From NCBI GenBank assembly GCA_016748015.1, contig JAAOMT010000779.1, positions 186,001-250,000 of the forward strand: a stretch of DNA of 64,000 nucleotides, read 5' to 3'. Positions 1 to 13,179 of this stretch are shown piece after piece. The notes beneath the pieces were generated by a model. That model saw only the letters and a list, made by a program, of their open reading frames with translations, was not told where the DNA came from and ran no database searches. The translations under genes were made by a program, and so were the position numbers. Origin of the DNA: Geosiphon pyriformis uo1. Taxonomy: Eukaryota; Fungi; Glomeromycota. Position 1 is the stretch's first letter. Each line of letters begins with the position of its first letter.

Positions 1-1036
1 AAAGCAAAGTGTTCTTCTAATAAACAGTTATTTAGATTTCATAAGTTAGAATTATTAGTTGTCAAGTTTACTAAAGCTCTAAGTATTAAGGACAATATAA
101 AATTCAATTATTTTCTATGAGTTTGACTAGTTACTAATCATAAAAGAGTCTTGAAAATTCAGAGCTTGGTTTAGAATAGTATAAGATCAAATAACATTTT
201 TTGTAGCTTGTTAAAGATCAAAAAAGAATATTACAAATCCAAGTTATATGAGTTAAGAGTTGCTGAGCCTGTAGTCATCAACACTACAATAGAAAAAAAA
301 ATGGAAAATATTTGCTCAGATAAAAGCCAAATAATTAAAAGCATCTTGAAAAAACTTTCTTGTAAAATGGTTTTAAACTATTTGGTAGTTAATAAAAAGT
401 TGATTTTGGTACCTAAAAAATTTAAAGCCAAAGTAAATAAGATAATAGAAAGCTAGACTAAGAAATAAAAAATTCCAGAATCTGTTTCTGAGATTTAAAT
501 AAATTAATATGTTTTTTTAAAGTATGTAAATAATTAAGCTTTTTCTGAGATAATAAATGTTATTAATTATAAAAAATTGATTCAAATAAGTAAAAAGTTG
601 TCAGACAAGAAAGCTATTGATCTGAGTGGCATATTTAATGAATTGTAGAAGCATTGTAGAGATAATATTCTAAGGTATTTGCTAAACATGCTAAATTTTT
701 ATTTGTTTTTAAATAAAATTTTAATATTATGAAAACATATTTAGATCTTAATAATACCTAAGTTATATAAATGAAAAAAATTTTAACAAATATTTGTTTT
801 ATTGCTTTGATTAAAATAACAAAAAAAATTTTGTTCAAAATTTTTTCTGATAAAATTTTTTTTATCTGCAACAAATTGAGATGCTTTATGAAGACAATTT
901 TTTAATACTAAAGACTACTTTAACACAAACTTTAATTTTGGCCATAGGCTCTGTAATTAAAGATGTTTTAAAAAAAGATAAAAAATTGTGGCTGGTTTTG
1001 CAAAATATGTATAAAGCATATAATTTAGTTAAATGG

Positions 1037-1885
1037 TGTTACAAGTAATTAATTAGAGTCTTAAATCAAATAACAAATTCATAACTTGGTACTTAATAGC
1101 TATTATGCTATTAGTATCTGAAGGTTTTTGTAATCTGAAAATTTTGAATTGGAGTTCTTTGTATAATAAACAGAAATTCAATGGTTGTTTTATTAGTAGT
1201 CTTTCAGAATCACAATTTTGTCAAATTTCTTTCTTCAATATAGTGGTCAGTTTATTTTGGCAGTTATGCTCTTCTGGTAAGCTATTCTTAATTTTCAAGT
1301 TTCTTATTCTTATTTCTGGGTCTTTTACCAGGCTATTCTTGATGTCAATAATTTAGTGCTTAATTCTTAATCAATTAGTACACAACAAAAAAAATAAAAT
1401 ATAAAAGAAAATCAAAAAAATAAAATATAAGCCAAGGCGATAAAGTTAGTATCCTGTTAATAGTCATAGTTAAAAGTTATTGTTCTAGCATGATCAAATA
1501 TTTGATACTATCAACATGAAGTGTTGATATTGGGGAGAGTAATTTAGATGATAAAAAATTATTTATTGATATTGATAATTCTAATAGAGATGTGATAATG
1601 GAGAGGTTTTGGTAATTATTCTCCTTTTTCTGCTTTTAATGTTTTTGTTATATATATATAATTTAGGTTCTATGAGATTGTTCACATTCCCAAGTGATGT
1701 GCTATAATTTTTTGAGTAATATGCCATAATTTTTTAACATTGTTCCACATTGCTAAACAATATACTATAATTTTTGACATTGCTTCACATTGTTGAGCAA
1801 TGTGCTTATGTGCTAACTACTACTTTCCTATTGGTCTATCTGTTTTCCTACTATTTTTCTTTATACATTTTCTTTATAAGTAATA
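1037..1885 (-). mobile_element. Solo LTR, family A (same family as G3 LTRs)
   Basis: TGTTAC...GTAATA termini; TSD ATGG (1033-1036 / 1886-1889); reverse-complement match to 46361-47179; LINE frame (V-K-W|H-Y-L) resumes after it. Confidence 0.9.
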
Positions 1886-3370
1886 ATGGCACTATTTGTA
1901 TAACAGTTTGATTAAAATTAAGATATGTAAATGTTTTATTAAGTTTTTTGAGAGTATTCACAATAAAAAGATCAATTAAATTATAATGAATTTAGGCTTT
2001 CAGATAGATATATAGTTTATAATGGGCTTGATCAAGAAAAAAAATTTTTGTCTTTGTTATGAAGAATTTTTTATGATTTTTTGTTTTATGAAGTTAAGAA
2101 ACATAAAAGTTTGTGTAAATACAAGATAGATTTAAAATTTTTCACAAAAACTGACAAAACTAATTCCAAAAATAGCAAAACTTTTTTTTTGTAACAAGTA
2201 TCTTTGTAAATAATACTATCTGAATTAAAAACTGCAAAGCAACAACACAATGTATTTTAAATATTATAAATAAGTTTTTTTCTATTAATGATATTTTAAT
2301 CAATACAAACAAAACAGTAGTTATTTTTATTAATTAAGAAGCTAAAAAGACTGTGTTATTTATTAATAGTTCAAGAATTTCAATAACCAAAAAAAACAAA
2401 TTTTATAGATATTTGGAGATTTTTTTATTCACTAATAGTCTATTCAAACTAAGCTTGATTAAAACTTATTTTAATATCAAGTTTTTTTCAAATATGATTT
2501 TGAAGAAAACTATTATTGAAAAACAATTCTTGTATTTGGTATTTGCTGTTTTGCAGTCCATTATTAACTACAGAATGCAATTTGGTTATGTTTCTAAAAG
2601 TATGTATAAAAAATAGAACAAGATATTAAGAAAAAAATTGAAGCTTAAGACTAATTTGTTTAAGAACTTTTCTAATAAAGCTTTACATTACTTTGAGTTG
2701 TATAATCTTAAAACATTTGAGCAAATACTGACTGAGAATCTGATGGCTAATTTGGTGAATTTTGTTAATGCAAGTAGAATTCTTGACAAGTTATTTAAGC
2801 ACAAAGCAATGGATTTGCAGACTGCTAGTTGGATGTTCTGGCATCTTTTTTGAGTTCTAGTTAAGTTGTCAATTAATCTTATAAACTGTTTCCTAACAGA
2901 TGCAATATGTGTTCTTGTTCTTTGCAATATATCTATAAATGACAATTTGCTTAATATCTTTCAGACTGAAAAAAATGTTTTGGTTTTAGACATATTAAAC
3001 TTAGATAATTATATAAATATAATAGGCTCTCTTAGAAAGTTCAGCATTTTTTTGTGAATCAGCTTCTGAATTGTTATGACATATGTTTTATGTAAAACAC
3101 TTTTCATAAATAAAAAAAACTGGACTCTAAAAATCTAATTCCTGGCTGGTTCAGTTTACTAATCATATTTATTAAGAATAGTAGTTTGTTTAATGGTAAA
3201 ATTTTGGCTTTTTGTTTTATTCCTGTAGACCACTTTTTTGATTTTGGTTTTGTTAATAATTATTTGTTAGATTCTGGGTCAAATAATATAAGTGTTTACA
3301 TTGATGGTTTTATTAGAAGTTTGGAATTAGTAAGTACTTGTAGAAATATTGCTGCTTATTTTTTGGGTGT

Positions 3371-4314
3371 TGTTACTGAAGGTTTTTGGTCTCTTTTCTT
3401 AAATGTTGTTAATGTTTGTTTGTTGTGAATTCACGTTATTTGGAAGTAATTGAACCTTTAATAACTGAATTTATCTTCAAATTATTTTCTATAATTTAAA
3501 TTGTTGGGCTTATAAATAGAATAACCAATTCTGTATCAGTTATTTTATGTAGTTATATTGTAGTAAATGTCAACTTTTTCTTAGGAATTGCTCATCTAAA
3601 AGCTTACTAAAAATGTGTAGTTACTTTGCTGTAAAAGTCAACTCTTCTACAGAAATTTTGTCTATAGGCTATCTTAATGATTATAATAATAAAAAATAAA
3701 AAAATAAAAAAAATATAAAAGAAATGAAATGTTGTCAAAAAAAACGTTTTCTATTCAGGCCTGAAGTCACTAACAGATTATTGAAATTGGTAGTTAATCA
3801 ATTTTAAAACGTTAATTGGGTTTTTGTAAATTCTAAGTATAATAATTAAGGATTTGGTTTTTAAATATTTCTAATTTTTATTTGATTTTGTAAAAATAGG
3901 TAAAAGATAATTTGTTTTAATTAAGATATCTGAAGTAAGATACATTTTTTTGAAGAGAAAAGCTCTTCTTTTATACAACTTGTTATAGTACTAGTTTTTA
4001 AACTCACACTTTTTTCTTTGCCAAACTAAAAATACATTTTGGCAAACTACAAGTTATTTCTACAAACTATTGATTATTTCAGCCAATTTTTGCTAATTTC
4101 GGCGGATTTTTGAATATTAAATGGTTCAGAGTATTGTGTAATTTAATTATCTTAATTTTTATGATATAAATTGGGTTATTAATTAAATGATAATATTTGA
4201 TAATTTGATTAAATAATAAGTAATAATTAAAATAATAATAATATATACTATTTAATAATAGAAATTATAAAGGTAACTTCATGCTAATTAATAGCTAAAA
4301 TTCTATTAGTAACA
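3371..4314 (-). mobile_element. Solo LTR, family B (same family as G1 LTRs)
   Basis: TGTTAC...GTAACA termini; TSD GTGT (3367-3370 / 4315-4318); colinear with 23966-24936; inserted in the LINE RNase H region. Confidence 0.92.
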
Positions 4315-6219
4315 GTGTTAATGTAAGTGTAAGAATCAGAGTAAATAGTTTGCTGTTCTCAACTTTGGTAAAATTACAAATCATTACTTTTACTTTAAAC
4401 TGTATACTTGCTTCTAGTTCTGTTATTTTGTTTATAGACAACCAAGTATTATTAAATATATGCTGCTTTAATAAGAGTGTGTTTGGTTCTGATTTTCACA
4501 ATAAATGTTGAATTGAGAAAAAACATATTTGCCAAGTTATTTTAAAAAAAAATTTGTCAGTTTTTTGGAGAAAAATCAAAAATTACTCTGGTGTTATTGG
4601 AAATAAATATGCTAATTTTTATGTCAATACTATAGTTAATTCTAAGATCATTCTGTTCCTTAGGATGTTATGCCATTTTTTTAGCATTGAAAACAAATCT
4701 GTTTTTGGGAATGTTTACCATTTTGTTAAGAGTTTGTTTAATATAGTTGATTTTGTTGATTGAGAATTTAGGTATATTAATAATGCTATAAACATAAGCA
4801 TTAATAATAGTTTTAATATGATTAAAACTTTTAGTATTTGACACTCTAATGATAAAATCTGTTTTGATTACACTAGCTTATTATTTGTAGCACTTTAGTC
4901 TTATTTTATAAAAGCATTGCACTACTGCCTATTTGTAGCTAAAAAAAAAGATTGTATAATTCGAAATATCTAAGCATAGCTTGTATCTAATATGAATTGA
5001 TAAAAGACTCTAATTATTTATTTTCATGCACACATAATAATAATACAAGGATAAGATTATTATTAAACATTATTTTGAAATAAAATAAGTTATTGGGTAC
5101 TGTTGTTGAAGAAAACATAATTGTTTAATCTTTATGTGAAGCCAAGTTTTCTGTTAATTTGTATATGTTACTGGTTAAAAACTTTATGTTAAAAAGTTGG
5201 ATAGTTAACACAATATACTATCTGGATACTAGATTTAATAATAATACATTGGTTGTCAAATTAGTCTATAGTCTTGCTAAGAGTTATAGGTTTGCAATTT
5301 GGCTGTTAACTATTAAGTTAAGATCTTATTATAAGAAGCATAATCTTCTATTATATAATGGATCTAACATTTTTTTGGTTTTTAGTTTGGTATTTTTGTG
5401 GTCATCTGAGTTAATTTACAGTTTTAGTATTAGATTAAGTATCTATATTTGTTTTGGATTATACTTTTGTTTATTTAGATTAAAATTTGGTTTTTTGAAA
5501 AATGTTTTATTGATAAGTAATTTAGGTGTGTAGTACTACTTTGATTGGCCCAAGTGGCTGGTTACATGTAGAAAAAGCATAAGCTATACTTAATTTAGAA
5601 TCTTGTTTGATTTTATATTTTTAATTAATGGTTGGACTGCACTCATAAAACAATAATAATAATAAAAAAGATATAATTGTATTTTTTAAATTTAAAATTA
5701 TATTAATATTATAATAATAATTGTTTTTAGCTTTTAAAAATTAATATATATAATTTGTTAATTTTAAAATTATTGTATTAACAATTTTTAATAACATATG
5801 AATATTGAAAAAAAGTTAAAAATAAAATTAAATAATAAAATATTAATTTCAATACATACAAAATTTTATAAATATTTGAATTAAAAACAAAATAACAAAA
5901 TTGTGATAAGATTAATATTTAAAACATGTAATAAATATGAACTTAATATTAGAGAATTTTTCTACCATATTGTTTAATAAAAACTTATTTATTAATTATA
6001 ATTTATCCAAATTAAATGTATTTAAAACAATAAGTAAAATATTATCAACTTAAAATAACCGAATATTTAAGGTCAGCAATTTCTTTAATGGCTGGTTATA
6101 TGATGACTAAGACACCTGACTTCCTATACCTTTTAATTAAAGAATTGATAAACCTGAAAGGGTAATTGCCAAAATTTCCTGATGAAAGAGCTTCAAATAA
6201 TTATCTTTTTGCCTTCGCT

Positions 6220-9200
6220 TTAATTCAAAACGCGGTCTAGATTAAAGGCCGCTAAAAAGTTATAAATCGCAGCAGATTCGGAGATTAAATAAAATGATTA
6301 CTCAAGAAGGAGATCAAGATAAATATAAACCTACCACTGATAAATGAAATATGAGTAAAAGCCTGTGGGAAATTTCCGAGCAACTCCCCAGACCGCGAAA
6401 TCTCTTCAGAGAACAGGCCTAAATGATTTGCGTAGGCGATCATCTGTTCGAAAATGAACTCTGCACGTTCCAACAAGTGCTTATCGTATTTACCGGCGCG
6501 TGTGAGGGCCTCAACTAGCCAGAAGGTACACATTGAGAATGCACCTTCCATTCCTCCAAGTCCTAATGAACCGGAGGTTGGGAAAAATCAGATGTTTAAT
6601 AATTGAAATGATTCATTATGTAAATAAATACCGTCATCGGTGGTTAGGTGATTATATCGGAAAACCAGATTATTAGTTAATAGACCTCCTGCAACCAATT
6701 ATCAAAATTGATATCAAAAATTGATTCTGAGAAACCAAACAGGGTTCTCGAAACATTTTTTGATCACACACCCCTTTCAGGTGGTAAGAGCATTTGAGAG
6801 ATCGTACTCAGAAACCGAGGATCTGTAGGACTGATGAAAAACACTAATGGCATGATTAGAACGGCAGCATCCAAAGCGTCTTTAGCTTCGTAAGACTGTA
6901 CGAATATTTTTCTTTCTGGGTTCCAGGACTTGCTCATTATCTCTTCAAAAATTTTATCACGCACATCCATCCAGCGATTACGTTGGTTGGGTTTACACGG
7001 TAAGATACGTTTTTCTGATAGCCGCAAGGCTTAATGATATACAATGGATGTAGTTTTGTAAAAATTAATAAAGATGGTGGTACCCGAGGCCAAATGACCA
7101 AGGTAAAAGAGATGAATGTTTATTTACCCCGATCTACTGCCACCCAGCACATGATTTTCGAATAAGTAAAGTTTTGTCGCCTGCCTCTAACCTCCCATAT
7201 GCTCATATCATCCATATGCCAATTATCACACACATAATCAGTCAGTTTGCGAATGCTTACCCATAGATCATAGGATATCGGGGAACCATATTTGTTAAAA
7301 AGATATCTGGCAGGACAAAAAATATTAGGTTAAGAAATTCAAGAAAATTTCAAAAATGATACATACATGCCATCTAAAAGCTCCCCATAAATATCTTTCA
7401 TACAAAGCGTAGCACCCAAAATTGCACGAGTATAATTTTAAATAGATGTTCTTTGAAAACCTTAAATTACATTGATCACGTACCGAGTTGAATATGATCG
7501 TAGGCCCCATTTCCTATTCGTACTGGACGTGAGCCACGATACCCATCAAGGTGATCAAGAGTCAGTTCGGGGAGTTTTTTTTCACCATCAATACTATACA
7601 TGATGTTTAAAGAACCATCTGGATTCTGAAATTTGGGAATTTGGTTAAAAAATACACCGGAACATACGACATATAATAGTTAATAATTTCGCAAATTACC
7701 AAGTCTAAGCACCTCTCTTCCATGAATTTCATATAATTTTTTCCTTCTTCTGTCATTCCAAGACGCATCAAGGCATATATTGTAAAGGCACTGTCACGTA
7801 CCTTAGAAAAAAGAGTAATAAAATTTGAAAATTAAGACATTTTCATGATATTTGAAGTATTCAAATATATCGAATTTATTTGGTAAAGTCACCCACCCAT
7901 GTATAACGATAGTCCCAATTTCGAGGGCCTCCGATTTCTGCGGATTCTCAATAGCAAAAGAAAAATTGTTAGAGTAGAAACTATATTAATATTAGTATAC
8001 TTGTACCTTGTTGAGATCTTACCTTCTGGAAGGCCAAATGTCGGCGCAGCCACAACAGCGCCTGTCTAGGATGAATGAAATTCCAAGAACAGCATTCAAG
8101 ATAATGAATAATACTCTCCTTAGACGAAAACATTCAAACCAAAATACCGGTTCGTAGGTTAGCAATTTTAAAGCCAAAGCACTCCGATTAACGTTTTCTC
8201 GCCAACGGCCAGTGTAAATTGATTGTCCGATCCAATCCTGCCAAAAATTGATAGTCTGACGAAATAAAGCTTTCAACAAAGGAACCGATAATGGCGGGTC
8301 GGTGAATCTAGAGGAAACTTGCTCAAGACATCCATTAGAATCTGAGGGAGCAGGAACTTCTCTCAAAATAAATATGATTTGTTGATTTTCTTTTAGAGTA
8401 AACTTGGCCTTGATCCCGGGACCTTTATGAAGTTTGCTAGTAAAGATTGTCAAGTTCAGCTTTGGAATATCGCCGAGAGTAAAATCTCCTTGTCTTATGA
8501 TATATCGAAGATCTAGCGTGAGTCCGCGGGAGGAAAACAACGCCTTCTTATCACCGATAAAATATGAAGCAGGATTTTCATTTTGAACAACATCTTGAAT
8601 TCGTTCCGTATCCACCGAAAAGTCAACCAGTTCAGTGGTATGAGAGTCTAAAGCGTAGTTAAAGGCGGGAAATAATTCCAATTCAAAAGTGACTTCCCCA
8701 CGTGCAACCTCGACTTGTCGAATGAGCCAAGGTTGTAGTGGCTTCAAAGCAAGTCTTTGATGCTTTTCGGGTATATGCATGTAGTCGATTATCTGACTCA
8801 CTCCTTCGTCCGAAAAAAATCGCGTGTTCAAAATATTCGAGTTTGGCAGATATTGTTGCCTATTACTTTTAGGAAAGGTTGGGGAAATTGAGAAATGACC
8901 TAAAAGAGGACAAAAAGTGAGACAAGACGGAAAATGTAATAGATCGAAATGCGCATTAACGAAATGTCACGAACCTCCCTATTGAGATTAAATGTCGGGA
9001 TTCATTCATTTTAATCCTTGATGAACAATTTCGTTAATATTAACTAGAAAAAACCCACCTTCTCACTGTCTAGGAGGCGCACAAATACTGAAGGACTATC
9101 AAATTTTGGGTAACAGAAAAAGTCAATAGATCCATCACTTCCGCATAAAGCCACGGTACGCAAATTTCCTACTAGGCCATAGTTTGCAATGGGAAGATAT

Positions 9201-9424
9201 CCTCTATATTTCATAAATTTAAATTGGTAAAAAGTCAAAGTCATTTTAATTATTCTCTATATAATTATATACCGGGTACGAAGGTTATCACGTGTATCTT
9301 CAACCGAGTCATCATGTTTTTTTGGAGAGCAAGCTTGTTGGTCAGGATGTGATTTGAAATTATCAATAGAGCCGGCCTCGTCAAGGGCTATGTTTAATTT
9401 CTCATTAACAAGTTCAATGGACAT
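6220..9424 (-). CDS. Glycoside hydrolase family 15 protein (trehalase/glucoamylase-like), multi-exon
   Basis: GH15 motifs: [115 protein letters not shown]...[14 protein letters not shown] introns; ATG at 9424; stop at 6220-6222 after [10 protein letters not shown]. Confidence 0.9.
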
Positions 9425-9760
9425 TATAGTAGAAGGCTTTTTACGCCACGCGAAGTCAATAATTCATAAAACCAGAAATTTAAAGCTTTGAAATAAAGTG
9501 ATATTATTTTCTGCTGTCGTGAAGGGGTTTTATCTGTTAAACTGCTGATGTCTATATTCCTGTATCAACATCAATGGGTATTTAGGGAGAGGAGAACTTA
9601 AAATTTGAGATCGTCTTTTGAACTCGGTTTTGCCTGGGCAAGATGTAATACCTGATAAAGATCTATTTATGATCATGCGAGCTGAGTCAGGTGATAAAGT
9701 AAAATATAAAAACTCTAGAAAAAACGAGATTTGGAGTTTACCTTCAATTCGTTTTTCAAA

Positions 9761-10258
9761 ATGTCCCAAGTTTCCTTAAGGATCATTAAAACCCCATTAC
9801 GTGTGGATTGTGTCGAAGAACACCCAATGTCAACTGACGAAGCTTACAACATGTTAGGCGACTTCCTTGACAACAACCCGGCTGTACATTTCTTACCTAC
9901 CCAAGACGTAAGACACTTAAAAGCAATACATGCAGGCATAGAAGAAGAAATACAGAGTAAATTGCAACGAAAAAAAGATACAGAGGCACAACAAAGACGT
10001 GAAGAAGCACGCTTGGAACACGAACGGGAACGTTTAAAAAAAAAAAAGCGAAAAAAATCTAAAGGTCAAGGGGGAAATGGTGAAGGATCCCGTATTGTTA
10101 CCGGTGGTAAAACTGAAACGAAAGATAACAAACTAAAGAGAAAACAAAAAGGGGAAAAGTCTGGGAAGGTGAAAAAGATTAAACTGGACAAAGGAAAAAA
10201 GGATGTTAATAAAGCAAATGCGAAGATGAAACCAAAGGACAAAACGACCAAAAATTAA
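9761..10258 (+). CDS. Small protein with K/E-rich tail; candidate RNA polymerase I subunit A14 (Rpa14/Ker1-like)
   Basis: Open 165-codon frame from ATG 9761. The N-terminal TPLRV...STDEAYNMLGDFLD...LKAIH resembles yeast Rpa14 TPVVI...STDEVLQFLESFID...LKRIQ (recalled, not aligned). Lysine-rich, nucleolar-type tail. Confidence 0.6.
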   Translation: MSQVSLRIIKTPLRVDCVEEHPMSTDEAYNMLGDFLDNNPAVHFLPTQDVRHLKAIHAGIEEEIQSKLQRKKDTEAQQRREEARLEHERERLKKKKRKKSKGQGGNGEGSRIVTGGKTETKDNKLKRKQKGEKSGKVKKIKLDKGKKDVNKANAKMKPKDKTTKN

Positions 10259-11506
10259 TAGGGAAAAAGGTTAAAATCCGACGCTCACTACGATTTGACA
10301 GGTCATGAACATATGTTTATTTATAGCTGGTAAGTAACGACTATTATATCAGATTAGCATTCTACTTCCCTGAAAATAAATCTCGACTTGTGATCAGATT
10401 GATTTACTTCCTTCCACATAGTTTCGATTAAAAATTTGTTGGATCCTTGATAATAAGGATTCTCGTGGCGCTAGAGACGATATTTTACATTTACATCAAT
10501 GGTGAACGAATCTTTGTAAAATATTTTGGATTATGTTTTCAAATTCTGGCAAATTTATCATTCGTACTTCTCCAAAATGAGGATTAAGTTATTAACAAAT
10601 TAAAATCAATTTTGTATTATCTTCGAATTTGAAAATATTTTTATTTTGATCTAAAAAAAATTTATTACCATCCTATGAAAATGACTAAGCGTTTTGAAAC
10701 GCGCAGAAAAAATATTCCAAATGATATAATCCCAGAGTCGAAAGGGAACGATTCAGTGATGAACGATTCCAAAACCTGAGGCCCAATCAATCAAACGAAG
10801 AAAGTGTAAGTAAATTGTTTAAACTTTAAAGTAAATCATGGATGTATAAAAGTTCTGGCGATAGAAATAGTCAATATAAGGTGCATCATTATTAGTAGCA
10901 GTTGCCTGCAACACCTTTTCCTATTCTTTAGCCAGAACAATCAATGAAAATCACTTTCCCGAGAAATACTCTCGATTCAGAAAGTTATTTTTCGTGTTTT
11001 TTTCTCGCACACTGATGACTCAAGCCTGACCAACAGGACGAAAAAGAGCAGGGAAGTCCAAGAAGGAAACTTCTAGATCTTTACGTCTGGTGAGGGATCT
11101 AAGGAGCGTGCAGGTCTTGCAAAAGAACATAAAAAAGGAAAACAGGTTACAAGTTACCTTTTGTTCAGTGGAATCCCCAGAGAAACATTTTTATTTACAT
11201 GTATTGTTTAAGATGTGAAAAGTTTTTATAAAATAATAAATTTATCTGAAAAACTTGGAAAAGCAAATAAAGCTGAATTTATATTTGGAATCTGATTAAT
11301 AAACGGCTAACTGAAAGTTCCAATATGAATTGAATTGAATAATCGCTAAAATTTTTTATTTTCGCGTATCAAAGGGTTAAAATTTTTCGAATGAATATTT
11401 ACTAAAGAAAAAAAAACAATTATATAACTTTTCCCATCTCAAACTCCATTTTATATAGTCTGAAATACCTTATACAACCAATTATGACTGAAATCTGAAG
11501 TTCAAA

Positions 11507-13005
11507 TTATGTTCTATAATCCGCATTAATAGTTACATATTGATGACTGAAATCACACGTCCACATTGTTGCTTCCTGCGTCCCAACCCCCAATTCAACT
11601 AAAATTTCCAAGTCTTGCAACGACAAGATCTGGCTAGCACGTTTTTCGTCAATGTTTTCAGGTTCACCAGCAACTAAAAGATTCAAAGGTGCAGTACCAT
11701 CAGTTGGCACAAATGAAACAGAGACCTTAGAGGGATCAATCGAAGTGACTTCTGAATAACCAATAGCACAAATAATGCGGCCCCAATTTGCGTCTTGGCC
11801 ATATAATGCGGTCTTGACAAGTGCAGAAGTCCCTATGGTAGACGCGACTTTTTTCGCGTCTTCAAAACTGGGAGCTCCCTTTACTCACAAAAAAAAAAGT
11901 TTGTATCATTCACAGTTAAAACTTTTCGGAGTATTTATATTTTACTTACCGTAACACGAATTGTAACAAATTTGGTAGCACCTTCCCCATCCCGAACAAT
12001 TAATTTAGCCAATTCTGAAGAAAAACTCGTCAGATCATTTCGAAATTGTAAAAAATCGGCACTTTCGACATCATTTATAGGCGAGAATCCTCTATGATGT
12101 GAGACCGCGGCACCGTTGGCTAAGACTGCAAAGGTATCATTAGTGCTCATATCACCATCGATACTAATAGCATTAAACGATCGATCCACCGCATACTTGA
12201 GAGCAATATTTAAAGCAGAAGCCGTTATAGGAATATCAGTTAGCACCATAGCTAATAAGGTGGCCATATTAGGGTGGATCATTCCAGCCCCCTTCGACAT
12301 ACCAGCCATGTGGTATTGTAAGCCCGAGGGCAACTGGAACTGTGAGGAACGAAGCTTTGGAAAAGTATCAGTAGTCATAATTGCTTCGGCAGCATCAAGC
12401 CAATTTTTATGTTTGTCGCCCAAATTTCCAAACGCATCATTTGCTCCCTCGATGATTTTTTCCACCGGGATATGTTGTCCAATTACTCCAGTCGACATGA
12501 CAAGAGTACTGGAAGGAACTTGAACCAATTCTGATACCGCATTAGAAACCTTTCTCGCATTTTTCAGACCTTTGGCACCAGTCACCGCATTAGCACACCC
12601 AGAATTGATAATTATAGCTCGAATATTTTCTCCCATAGAATTTCTCAAAACTTCACGAGAGACTAAAACTGGGGCTGCTTGAAAAGCATTGGTGGTAAAA
12701 ACAGCGGCAGCTGTACATGAAAGTTCAGAAGTTATAAGGGCTAAATCCTTTTTTTGACTCTTTTTTATACCACAAAAGAGACCAGTGGCTTTAAAACCAA
12801 TAGGATATGTGCCTTGTATAGGGACCAAGTGATCTTTCGTTGTGGATGTGGGGATCGTGCTAGATGCCCTTAAAGAATTATGTATTAAGCCAATATGGTT
12901 TCGAAAGTGAAAGGTGGTCAATTTAGAGCTTGGCGTTTCATAGGCCAAGTTGGCGATCAATTTTGTTGTTCGTTTCGCCGAAAGAAATGGTATTACATAA
13001 GCCAT
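11507..13005 (-). CDS. ARG7: Ornithine acetyltransferase / ArgJ family, likely mitochondrial; 2 exons (13005-11950, 11878-11507)
   Basis: Motifs [39 protein letters not shown] (autoproteolysis site), [47 protein letters not shown]...AG intron. Basic/hydroxylated N-terminus. Confidence 0.97.
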
Positions 13006-13179
13006 CTAAATAGAAAAAGTAGACTAAAAAAGGTCTAAACGAAGCCCTGTAAACTTCACCAACTCTTATTAACAAGATTATCAGTATATTTCCAACTGGT
13101 GATCATGGCACAGTGACACAAAATAATATAGAAAATATAAAACGCGCCTTTTGAATAGCTTTCGTACCTCGAATGCAAT

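Larger units (their letters stand above)
1..5670 (+). mobile_element. Degenerate non-LTR retrotransposon (LINE) ORF2: RT, RNase H, C-terminal region, 3' UTR and A-rich tail; interrupted by two solo LTRs
   Basis: Decayed motifs colinear with the LINE at 59800-64000: IALIK..KKILFK, LWLVLQNMYKAYN.V.W, YRYLEIFL, KQFLYLV.AVL. RNase H motifs VYIDGF and W.KIK.YSGV.GN.YA. ORF ends at 5533, A-rich tail ~5648-5670. Many stops. Confidence 0.85.

Noticed and set aside
1105-1356. Recurrent short ORFs (MLLVSEGF...; also 44705-44893 and 57971-58168)
   Set aside because: They lie antisense inside A-family LTRs with variable starts and stops; the recurrence reflects LTR copy number.
11012-11045. Hammerhead ribozyme (CTGATGA...CAGGAC-GAAA)
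   Set aside because: Extra bases separate CUGAUGA from stem II, and no stem I/III with a correctly placed NUH could be built.
12116-12523. 135-aa plus-strand ORF
   Set aside because: Antisense shadow of ARG7 exon 1.
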